From contig NC_088791.1 in assembly GCF_011386835.1 (NCBI RefSeq), positions 350,796,001 through 350,860,000 of the forward strand: a DNA stretch of 64,000 nucleotides. The letters are read 5' to 3'. The notes under the pieces are model-generated. The model was given only the letters and a program-made list of their open reading frames with translations, did no database searches and was not told where the DNA came from. Shown here piece by piece: positions 1 to 9,912 of this stretch. Every line of letters starts with the position of its first letter. Positions within the stretch are counted from its first letter, which is position 1. Source of the DNA: Chrysemys picta bellii. Its lineage: Eukaryota. A program made the position numbers and the translations under genes.

Positions 1-907
1 TCTACTGACCCTTGCATGTGGAGAGGATGCAGGTCCTGTGAGGATGAAGAGAAGCCTGTAGGATGATTGAACTCTTTGGATTAAGTCAACCCTGGGCAGC
101 CAAAGTACATCAGCTTCTCTTGGAGGGATTCTTGGGTTTCAGAGTTTATCACTGGGTGCATTTGGTAAGGGAAAGTTAATAGTCTGGTTCTGAATGAATT
201 TACACATGTAAATCTGTAGTGATGCTGTTCAAGTCACTGTTATGAATTAAGAACCTGTCCCTAAGAATTTATCCCATTTGCTGGAAAGAGGCAGTGGCAT
301 AATATGGGCTCTCAGGAGTGGAGAAAAAAATACATAAAATGAGGCAATGAAACACGTTTATAAATAGCTTGAATGTAGGACAGATTAATGCAATGATCAT
401 TTTCACCGTGTACTTGCCAATGGGACACACTCAGAAGTGGAGGGTGAGAAAGGGTGTCGGTGGGAAGGTCACAATTGTAAAATCACACAGTGCTCAAGTA
501 GGCTGAGGAACTCCCAGCCGCAAGATATCTATGGGACCAAGAGCTTAGCAGGATTCAAAGAGGGACTGTATGTTTATATGGATAACTAGACAATTCAAAT
601 ACATCTGTGAGGATTAAAAAAAAGGCTTGGAATGGCTCTAAACCTTCCGGATTTACACCACAACATATGTCTAACTAGTGGGTGTCAGGGGGAAACTTTC
701 CCTTGAAGAATGTTATCTCATAGCTGCCCATTGCAGAGCTTCTTCCACCTTCCTGTGAAGCATCTGGAACTGGCCACTGGATACAGGGGTAGATGGACTG
801 TAGGTATGATACAGTCTGGCAGGTATGTTTTTGCTGATCTACCTTGAGCTCCTGGGAGTCTCTAGACTTGCACTGAGAGCAGAAAGATGTCTTGTTAAAT
901 ATCATCT

Positions 908-932
908 AGTCTCCTGTTCTTTTTCCTTTCAG
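908..932 (+). promoter_or_regulatory. Putative splice acceptor of the OR51 coding exon
   Basis: Polypyrimidine tract plus AG (tctcctgttctttttcctttcAG) with 40 nt between it and the ATG at 973. The paralog has the same acceptor (AG at 36262-36263) at the same 40-nt spacing. OR genes usually have 5' non-coding exons. Confidence 0.65.
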
Positions 933-972
933 GAAGGAAAGCTCAAAACTCCTCAGACCAGCCTGGTACATT

Positions 973-1908
973 ATGTCATCTGCCAATGACACCAAATTCA
1001 ACTCTGCAGTGTTCCTTCTGACCGGGATACCTGGGCTTGAAGATGTCCATCTCTGGATCTCTATCCCCTTCTGCTTCATGTATGTTATTTCGATAGTAGG
1101 AAATTCAGTCATTCTGTTCATTATAAAAACAGATCCCAGCCTCCATGAGCCCATGTACATTTTCCTTTCCATGTTGGCCATCACAGATTTTGGCATATCG
1201 ATAACCACCATACCGACGATACTGGGCATATACATGTTTAACTGTAGGGAGATCAGCCTCAATGCCTGTTTTGCCCAACTGTTCTTCATCCACTCGCTTC
1301 AATGCATTGAATCCTCTGTACTCTTGCTGATGGCCTTTGACCGCTTCATCGCAATCTGTAACCCACTGAGATATGCTTCCATCTTAACCCTGCCGAGAAT
1401 AGCCGAGATGGGATTGGTCTTTCTGCTAAGAGGGATGGCTATAATAGTCCCACTCCCCTTTCTCCTGAAACGGTTCCAATACTGTCAAGCTAATGTCCTC
1501 TCCCATTCCTACTGCCTGCACCAGGAGGTCATGAAGATGGCTTGTTCGGATATCACAGTCAGCAGCATCTATGGCTTGTTTACTAATCTTTTAACGATGG
1601 GGTTGGACTCACTGCTCATCTTAGTCTCTTATGTGATGATCATCAACACAGTGCTGAGCATTGCATCTCATGCGGAGTGCCTCAGGGCCCTGAACACCTG
1701 CATCTCCCATGTCTGCGCCGTCTTGCTCTTCTACACACCAGAGATTGGCTTGTCTGTGATACACAGATTTGGGAAGGGCTCTTTTCCATTACTTCAGATT
1801 CTGCTGGGCTACATCTCCCTGCTGGTCCCGCCTCTAATAAATCCAATCGTGTACAGTGTGAAAAGCAAACACCTGCGTGTGAGGATAATCAGGTTGTTTG
1901 TCAAGTGA
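973..1908 (+). CDS. Class I olfactory receptor, family 51-like (OR51G2-like), intact, 311 aa
   Basis: N-glycosylation site NDT; GN in TM1; LHEPMY; MAFDRFIAICNPLRY; HSYCLHQE; RALNTCISH; HRFG; PPLINPIVYSVK. No stops or frameshifts. Confidence 0.97.
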   Translation: MSSANDTKFNSAVFLLTGIPGLEDVHLWISIPFCFMYVISIVGNSVILFIIKTDPSLHEPMYIFLSMLAITDFGISITTIPTILGIYMFNCREISLNACFAQLFFIHSLQCIESSVLLLMAFDRFIAICNPLRYASILTLPRIAEMGLVFLLRGMAIIVPLPFLLKRFQYCQANVLSHSYCLHQEVMKMACSDITVSSIYGLFTNLLTMGLDSLLILVSYVMIINTVLSIASHAECLRALNTCISHVCAVLLFYTPEIGLSVIHRFGKGSFPLLQILLGYISLLVPPLINPIVYSVKSKHLRVRIIRLFVK

Positions 1909-2748
1909 AGGTTCAGTTCATCATCTGGCTCCAGTGCTGGTGCCACCGGAAATGAAAAACGTGGGACACCTGTTCCATCCTCGACACTTACATCTGAGAC
2001 AACATGAGCTACTGATCTCCACTCTGTAGAGAAAGGGCATCTCAGGCCTGGAGCTGTGGGAGAGGAGCTGATGAAAGAGGACAGCACTCTGGGGAAGGAG
2101 ACCAAGGCAGGCAGCAGCATTTACAAAGTGACTGTGTTCATTGAGAGCCAGGGGACTGGAAGGATTTTGGACCATAAAGAACCGTATCGGTGGCTGCTCC
2201 GACCTCAGAATTCCTATTGATACAGTCAATAAAGGGAAGGGATGTGAATGTTGTTTCTCATTACATCTGGCCTGTCCCTGGCCTGTCTCTGGTTAAACAT
2301 CCACGGGCTATTAAAAAGCTGCAGAGCTGTTCTGCAGTCACAGTTCTGGCCCTTCCTGAGCGCTCTGGGTGCTGTGTGATCCATGGGGGCTGCACCAGCT
2401 GTGGACAGGGGCTATTCCAGGGACACGGACACCCACCCTTCCCCTACGCCACCAGCCAGGTGCTTGTGACTGAGTTGTGTCAGAGACATGATTAGTGCAA
2501 GAGCCCCAAGAGAAGACATTGAGGCAACCCTTCCATTGTTGATGGCTCTGCACACCACACACCTGCTAAGCCTACCCCATATATCCATAATGCCCCCGAG
2601 GTTGAGCAGTGCTTTGTGTGTGAGTGAGGGTCTGATACACAAGAGACCTGGCAAAAGACTCAGGCCCAGGTTCCCTCCCTGGCCCCTTTGTTTGTGCTAA
2701 TCCAGCTGCTTGCAAAGGAGTGGAAACAGGCCTTAGCTCCCCCCCCCC

Positions 2749-2870
2749 CCTTGAGGGGGCCACTTTGGGATCTTGGGCAAAATCAGTACTTGGTCCTGCT
2801 AGTGAAGGCAGGGGACTGGACTCAATGACCTTTTGAGGTCCCTTCCAGTTCGATGAAATAAGTATATTTC
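2749..2870 (+). mobile_element. 3' part of a turtle Pol III/SINE (CR1-derived tail), present in A1 but not in A2
   Basis: 'ccttgagggggccactttgggatc...ggtcctgctagtgaaggcaggggactggactcaatgacc...gaggtcccttcc' resembles the body of the SINE at 19637 and the CR1 3' end near 17960-18010. Confidence 0.6.
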
Positions 2871-3957
2871 CATATATTATATCAAGCTAGCTCCTATCCC
2901 AGCCCAGCCCATTCATTATAGGGTGACCACCACATGCAGGAGCCCCTTCCCCTCTGTGACCCCACTCCTGCCACTCTTTTTCCTCCTTGAGGCCCCACCC
3001 CTACTTCCTCCTTTTCCACTGAGGCCCCTCCCTTTGCCTCATGTCTTCCCCCAAGACCCCACCTACTTCTCCTCCTCATTTCCCAAGGCTCCACCCAGAA
3101 GCCAGAGCCAGGCTGTGGCAAGAGCTGCCTAGGGAGCGAGATCCACTGTGAGGAGCCCCAGATCCTCCATCTGCCCTGGGCAGGGAGCTGGGGGGCCCGA
3201 GAGAAGTCCTCATCCTGTGTCTCTGCCCCCCAGGATGTAGAACCCAGGGAAGGTGTAGAGTTTGGTGCTCCCCACAGTAACCTGGGCTCCCGGGGTAGCT
3301 CTTACCATGGCCTGGCGCATGCCTCCCCGAGAGGCAGAGCCACGGAGGAGGTAGAGGAACAGGTAGAGGAACCCATACTCATCCCAGGAAGCAGGGTGGT
3401 GGTGGGTTGCTGAGTAAAGGAGGAGGACAGGGACAGAGGGTAGTACAGCCTGGGTTTTAGAGAAGACTGAATTAATGGGACAGCACAAAGGGGGATCTTG
3501 TTTTAAATATTCTAGTGTAAGTCATTGCAAGGACTTTAGAGGGAAAGGGAGGGTGCCTGCACGGCCGCCTCAGGCCACAAGGGGGCACTTTGGGATGACA
3601 CCCATGTGCAGGGACTTGGCCACAGTGGGCTGTGCTCTTGGAAGCTCTTACCACTGGGCAGAGTTCAGCTCAGCCCCCAGGCTGCTCTAAACTCCGCTGA
3701 GGCGGGGGGAGAACAGGCCAGCCAATCAAACCACTGTAACTGTCTCCTTGCCATCCCCACGTCCTACAATGTAGGGCTGCCACAGCAGAGAAGCCAGCCA
3801 GGCCTGTCACCACTCAGAAGGGTGTATTAGTCAGTCCCAGGATGACTGTGAGCCACCAATATGATGTGGCTCAGAACAAGGCAAATGAGATCCTAGAATG
3901 TGTCAGGTGAGACAAGGAAGTATTAATATCCTTATAAAAGACACTGGTGAGACCTCC

Positions 3958-4780
3958 TGTCATAACTATAAAGGGAAGGGTAACAACCCTCCTGTGTACA
4001 GTACTATAAAATCCCTCCTGGCCAGAGACTCCAAAATCCTTTTACCTGTAAAGGGTTAAGAAGCTCAGGTAACCTGCCTGACACCTGACCCAAAGGACCA
4101 ATAAGGGGACAAGATACTTTCAAATCTTGGTGGGGGGAAGGCTTTTGTTTGTGCTCTTTGTTTTGGGGGTGGTTTGCTCTTGGGACAGAGAGGGACCAGA
4201 CATCAATCCAGGCTCTCCAAATCTTTCTGAACAAGTCTCTCATATTTCCAACTTGTAAGTAAACAGCCAGGCAGGCGTGTTAGTTTTTATCTTTGTTTTC
4301 TCAACTTGTAAATGTACCTTTTACTAGAGTGTTTATCTCTGTTTCCTGTAACTTTGAACCTAAGGCTAGAGGGGATTCCTCTGGGCTCTTTAAGTTTGAT
4401 TACCCTGTAAAGTTATTTTCCATCCTGATTTTACAGAGATGATTTTTACCTTTTTCTTTAATTAAAAGCCTTCTTTTTAAGAACCTGATTGATTTTTCCT
4501 TGTTTTTAGATCCAAGGGGGTTGGATCTTGATCCACCAGAAGTTGGTGGGAGATAGGAGGGGGGATGGTTAATTTCTCCTTGTTTTAAGATCCAAGGAGT
4601 TTCGATCTGTATTCACCAGGGAATTGGTGAAGAGTCTCTCAAGGCTACCCAGGGAAGAGAATTAGCAGATTTGGGAGTGGTGGCAGCGGACCATATCTAA
4701 GCTGGTAGTTAAGCTTAGAAGTTTCATGCAGGCCCCCACATTTGTACCCTAAAGTTCAGAGTGGGGAAGCAGCCTTGACA
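3958..4780. mobile_element. Solo LTR, 823 bp
   Basis: Termini TGTCA...TGACA flanked by a perfect 5-bp TSD CCTCC (3953-3957 and 4781-4785). The host CR1 sequence rejoins across it. Confidence 0.88.
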
Positions 4781-5060
4781 CCTCCTCTGGCAAACTGTGT
4801 AGAATTCTGGTCCCTCCTAGTAGAAGCAGAGAGGTTATTTTACCTCTTTATTTGGCACTGGTGCGAGCACTGCTGGAATCCTATGTGCTCTTCTGGGTCT
4901 ACAATTGAAGAAGTAGGTTTACAAATTCATAAATTCAAGAGGGGTCAGAGAAGAGCCACAAGAATGAGTAAAGGATTAGAAAAAAAACAGCCTTATAGTG
5001 ATAAACTGAAGAAGCTTAAAGAAGAGAAGGTTAAGGCATGACTTGATCACACTCTCTAAG

Positions 5061-5249
5061 TGTAATGCCGACAGATCCAGTTGTCGGGGGCGGGATTAAA
5101 CCTGGGGCTTCTGGAGCTTAGTACATGAGCCTCAAGCCAACTGCTTCTTAGCTAAGGCTGTAGAGCAGACTCATTTAACTCTCCCACTAAGTGGTCTTGG
5201 TGCCACTAGATGGGATGGAACACCACACCCAGGATGTGTGTGGGCTACG
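5061..5249 (-). mobile_element. Short (189 bp) LTR-like insertion carrying a degenerate tRNA-like segment
   Basis: Starts TGTAA and ends CTACG (degenerate TACA). A 4-bp TAAG duplication flanks it (5057-5060 and 5250-5253). The minus strand reads ...aagctccagaagccccaGGTTTAATCCcgccc, resembling a tRNA 3' half with a B-box. Confidence 0.55.
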
Positions 5250-5620
5250 TAAGTACCTGCATGAGGAATAAACATTTAACAATGAGCTGTTCCATCTAGC
5301 AGAGGAAGTTATCACAGGATCCAATGGCTGGAAACTGAAACTAGACAGTATCAGACTGGAACTAAGGTGTAATTTTTTAAACAATGAGGACAATTAGCCA
5401 TTGGAACAATTTACCAAGTTTCCGTGGTAGATTCTTCATCACTGACAATTGTTAAATCAAGGCAGGATGTTGTTCTTATAGCTCTGCTCTAGGAGTTATT
5501 GTGGAGCAGGTCTCTGGTCTGTGCTAGACAGGCAATTAGACTAGGTGATCACAATGGTGCTTCTGGCCTTGGTAGCCCAGTGGGCCAGCTTCCTCTATTA
5601 TATTCACTGACTTGCATTAT

Positions 5621-6765
5621 TGTGATGTTATTGACATGAACTGTGATCATATAGATCATTGTTGCAACCAAGGTCCTATAGTTGCACCAAATTGTATACA
5701 AAGGAGGTCAAGTAATGTGTCTATGAAAAGGTTGTAATTTGCAGGTTATGGTTATGCTGTCTGTATGTGTGTACATGGTTTGTATTTGAAGTTATGGATA
5801 TTGGCTATGCACTTGTATCTCAATATCTTTGATTTTAAGTAGCACCAGTGAAGCATTTGGCCATGTTATTGAGAAGGGACTCTTCAGATTAAGCACCCAA
5901 TCAAGAAACACTTAACTGACAATGGACCTTGGGAGACTCCAATCCACATATAAGGAGCCTTCCTGGGAACATTTAAGGTAGCATGTGAGCAATGGCTGCT
6001 CCACCTGTAAAGAACTGAGTCATGCATGGACATGTGACTTGCCCATGTGACTCCAAACGCCATCTTGCTGCTGTGATTTTCCACAGTCAGAACAAAGGGG
6101 TGTCCTTCCACCTGGCAGAGCTATATAAAAGGCCCTGGAATCCCCTCCATTTTGTCTTCAATCCTGCTCCTGATCACTGGAGGAAGCTCTGAACAAAGGA
6201 CTGAAGGACCCATCCAAGCTGGGATGTTTGTACCCCAGAGACTTGATTGGTTTAAATCAGCAGTAATCCCTTCGAGCCTGAACTATTGGGGTATGTATTT
6301 GATTCCATTTGCAATTGTTGTATGTATTTAATTTCATTTAACCCATTTTAACTCTCATCTAGATTTCTTTCTTTTTATGAATAAACCTTTAGATTTTAGA
6401 TTCAAACGATTGGCAACAGCGTGATTTGTGGGTAAGATCTGACTTGTATATTGACTTGGGTCTGGGGCTTGGTCCTTTGGGATTGGGAGAACCTTTTTTC
6501 TTTTACTGGGGTATTGGTTTTCATAACCATTCATCCCCATAAGGAGTGGTGGTAGTGGCGATACAAGGGAACTGAAGTATCTGAGGAAATGGCTTGTATG
6601 ACTTCTGGTTAGCCAGTGGGGTAAAACCGAAGTCCTCTCTGTGTGTTTGGGTTGGTGCCTTAATAGTAAAGGAATTCCAGCTTCGGGCTGTAACTACCCT
6701 GCTCTAAACAATTTGTCCTGAATTGATACTCTCAGTAGTGTCCCGCCAAAAGCCGCATCATTACA
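5621..6765 (+). mobile_element. LTR-like element, about 1.15 kb
   Basis: TGTGATG...CATTACA termini, TATATAAAA at about 6123 and AATAAA at about 6380. Its 5' part resembles the LTR family at 27918, 42310 and 53119. No TSD was found. Confidence 0.65.
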
Positions 6766-6769
6766 CCTG

Positions 6770-7760
6770 GGCACTGTGCGAGAGTTTGGTTTCAGGCCCC
6801 AGTTTGTGGGGTTTCTCCAGGTACTGTACGCTTCCAATAAGTGTCTGGTCAGGCTCAAGTGGACCCTGACCGAGCAGGTCAGCTTTGGGCACCGGGTGTG
6901 TCAGGGGTGTCCGCTGTCAGGCCAGTTGCACACCCTGGCGATCAAGCCCTTCCTTTGTCTCCTCTTTTGGATGTTGACAGGGTTGGTGCTGCGAGAGCTG
7001 GAGCTGTGGCTGGTCCTGTCAGCATACGGCAACAACATGCTCCTCGTGTTCCAGGATCTGGGCAACCTGGTGCGAATGCAGGCTTGCCAGTACATCTACT
7101 CGGCAGTCTCCTCTGCCCGGGTCAACTGGGTCAAGAGGTCTGGCCTGGTGGTTTGGGATGGGTGGCAGACAAGCTCCCTCCCACCCACGCTTCAGGCTAT
7201 CCTTGGAGTGCGGGTCCACTGCTCTATCTCAGCGTTTGGCTTTCTGCCACGCATCTGTCTCCTCTGGAGAACTGGCAAGGTTTAGACAGCAGGGTGGTGG
7301 AGCGGCTGCAGAGGTGGACAGGACTACTCCAGTGCCTCTCCCTATGAGGGAGGGCACTGGTACTCAATCAATTGGTCCTGTCCATGCTCTGGGACTGGCT
7401 CAACACCCAGGTCCCGGACCCAAGTTTCCTGGCCAACCTCCAGGTGTTGGTTCTGGAGTTCTTTTGGCCACGACTGCACTGGGTCTCTGCAGGGGTCCTC
7501 CACCTGCCTCTGGAGCAGGGAGGACAGGGTCTGAAGTGCCTGCGCACTCAGGTCCATGTCTTCCACATCCAGGCCCTGCAGAGGCTCCTTTATGGTCCAG
7601 GTAGTCTGGCGTGGAGCATACTGGCGCACGCCTTCCTGCGCCGCTTCTGAGGGCATCGATACGACTGGTGAGACCTCTCAGGGTTGCCGCTCTTCTACCT
7701 GGACCTCCTCCGGACCTGGAAACTATTTTCAGCGACCAGGTCCATGGTGGCCACCGAAGG
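6770..7760 (+). mobile_element. L1/Tx1-clade non-LTR retrotransposon RT fragment (degenerate)
   Basis: ORF 6776-7285 contains QGCPLSGQLHTLAIKPFL and LSAYGNNMLLV (degenerate YADD), then SSARVNWVK. Downstream frames give DSRVVERLQRW and LHLPLEQGGQGL, an L1/Tx1-type RT C-terminal pattern. Confidence 0.8.
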
Positions 7761-7949
7761 GGGCGGATCTCCTCACAGAGCCCCTGTTCAGCCCTCAGCC
7801 TCTTTTAAGGCATCTGAAAGCATTCTCGGCTTCAGATTTTGGAAGACACTTCATATTCTTAAACCTGGGTCGAGTGCTGTAGCTATTTTTAGAATTCTCA
7901 CATTGGTACCTTTGTGGGTTTTTTTTTCAAATCAGCTGTGAAAGTGTTC

Positions 7950-8933
7950 TTAAAATGCATATGTGCTGGGTCATCATCCAAAACTGCTATAACATGAAAC
8001 ATATAGCAGAATGTGGGTAAAACAGAGAAAGGGACAATTCTCGCCCAAAGAGTTCAGTCACAAATGTAATTAATGCATTATTTTTAATGAGCCTCATCAG
8101 CATGGAAGAATGACGTCTGGAATGGGGGATGAAGCATGAAGAGGCATAGGAATGTTTAGCATATCTGGTATGTAAATATCTTGGAATGCCAGCTACAATA
8201 GTTTTCAGAGTAGCAGCCGTGTTAGTCTGTATCCGCAAAAAGAACAGGAGTACTTGTGGCACCTTAGAGACTAACAAATTTATTAGAGCATAAGCTTTTG
8301 TGGACTACAGCCCACTTCTTCGGATGTGTATAGAGTGGAACATATATTGAGGAGATATATATACACACATACAGAGAGCATAAACAGGTGGGAGTTCATT
8401 CAAACACTTGCTGTCACTTGCAGGTGACATGGTAAATAATAAGTAGGCAGCATTATTTCCTCTAAATGTAAACAAACTTGTTTGTCTTAGTGATTGGCTG
8501 AAGAAGAAGTAAGACTGAGTGGACATGTTGGCTCTAAAGTTTTACAATGTTTTGTTTTTGAGTGCAGTTCTGTAACAAAAGTAATCTATGTCAGTAAATT
8601 GCACTTTCCCAATAAAGAGATTGCACTACAGTATTTATATTAGGTGAATTGAAAAATACTATTTCTTTTATCTTTTTTACAGTGCAAATATTTTTAATAA
8701 AAAATAATACTATAAAGTGAGCACTGTACACTTTGTATTCTGGGTTGTAATTGAAATCAATATATTTTAAAATGTAGAAAAAAACTGCCAAATTATTTAA
8801 TACATTTCAATTGGTATTCTCTTATTGTTTAACAGTACGATTTAAACTCTGATTAATCACAATTAATTTTTTTAATCATGATTAATTTTTTGAGTACATT
8901 GCATGAGTTAACTGCGATGAATCAGCAGCCCTA
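7950..8933 (+). mobile_element. hAT DNA transposon remnant with a transposase C-terminal dimerization-domain relic (about 8115-8512), split by a Penelope terminus
   Basis: Manual translation gives LEWGMKHEEA*ECLAYLVCKYLGMPATI [insertion] HLLSLAGDMVNNK*AALFPLNVNKLVCLSDWLKKK*, matching the hAT WW..YL.TPAT...ER.FS pattern. It ends in ...CAGCCCTA at 8933. Confidence 0.7.
8204..8396 (-). mobile_element. Penelope-like element terminal repeat (pLTR) fragment with a degenerate hammerhead motif (8288-8327)
   Basis: Homologous in reverse to 41180-41307, the 3' end of the GIY-YIG-encoding element. The minus strand reads CCGAAGA...CAAAAGCTT, so both core halves are mutated. Confidence 0.8.
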
Positions 8934-8949
8934 GTTTTAAAACAACAGT

Positions 8950-9912
8950 CTGTTCACGTCTTTGACTCCAAGCCCTTGCACTCTGATGGGGACAAAGAGA
9001 GGCCAAAGGTCTTCAGACTTCCCCAGCGATGTCTGTGCATGTCAGTCTGAAGAGCTTCTCAGCAACAGCTGCCCCACTTCTGCACAGACTCCCAGCGCTG
9101 GCAAAACAAGCTGTGTAATGTGTCTGGAGCCCAGAATTAGGTTCTTCCCAGCTACTAGCTCTGGTGTGGTCTCTCAGACTCTCTGAAGTGCTCACTGAGT
9201 GTTGGCTTTTCTTCAGCTGTTGTTTCCCTTCCTGTTTGTTTTCTAGCAGTCCACTGTTAAACTAAGGCGAGCCAGTCTGGATTCACCCAATGCACCCATA
9301 ACATAAACATACCAACAGTTAACCTAAGATATCTGTACAGCAAACATCCCAAGAACTAGGTTTAACACACACGTTCATTATGGCAGCTCAGCTCCATGTC
9401 TGTCCCAATACTGTTCTCGAGTGCTACAGATTTTATGAATACAGGACATAGACAGTCAGAGAGCAATAGACTACTTTCATGTGGGAAATGAAGTTCCACA
9501 TGCATTTGACTTTGAAATCCACTTCCTACAAACCCTCTTCGTGGCTGAATAACAGATGGGGTTACTATGTACTAGACTAGTGGTTTTCCACATGTGATCT
9601 GTGGCCCACTGGGGGTCTGCAGATTATGTCTAAGATTTCCAAAGGTAATCACGCCTCCATTTGAAATTTATTAGGGCTCCACAAATGAAAAAAAGGTTGA
9701 AAACCACTGTATTAGAGAGCTCAGGAGCCAGTTGTGTGTGAATGCACAGAGACTGTCACTTCCTCCTCTTGCATTTCAGAGCTCTGGTTGTTAATGGGGG
9801 CAGGGGGGTGGGTGGGAGGGCTGTTATCTGGTATTTATCTGCTGGAAAGCATGGAGGTGATAGGGATCCTAACTGGAACCATTAAAAGAATTTTCCATCG
9901 TGGGCAAGACAT
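8950..9912 (+). repeat. Gene-less chimeric relic: OR51-upstream paralog (8950-9720, like 34130-34780) fused to an OR52-intron paralog (9720-9912, like 18800-18985)
   Basis: Both paralogies were read directly from the sequence. The junction is at the shared ctcagg (9720-9725). Confidence 0.8.
9578..9709. mobile_element. hAT-type MITE, 132 bp
   Basis: TIRs TAGTGGTTTTCCA / TTGAAAACCACTG and a degenerate 8-bp TSD, tactagac / tattagag (6 of 8 match). Confidence 0.7.

Larger units (their letters stand above)
1..3760 (+). repeat. Segmental duplication unit A1 (OR51 gene plus flanks), paralogous to about 35290-38960
   Basis: Colinear similarity by eye, e.g. 'gaggatgcaggtcctgtgaggatgaagagaagcctgtaggatgattgaactc' near the window start vs 'aaggatgcaggttctgtgaggaggcagaatagcctgcaggatgatcgaactc' near 35305. 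It continues through the OR and about 1.8 kb downstream. The left end runs off the window. Confidence 0.9.
3835..5570 (+). mobile_element. Old CR1 LINE 3' fragment interrupted by two LTR-like insertions
   Basis: Reads TLVRP|..CVEFW across the 3958-4780 insertion, then VQRRATRM..GLE-like and YSDKLKKL segments typical of the CR1 ORF2 C-terminus, followed by a degenerate 3' UTR. Confidence 0.75.
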
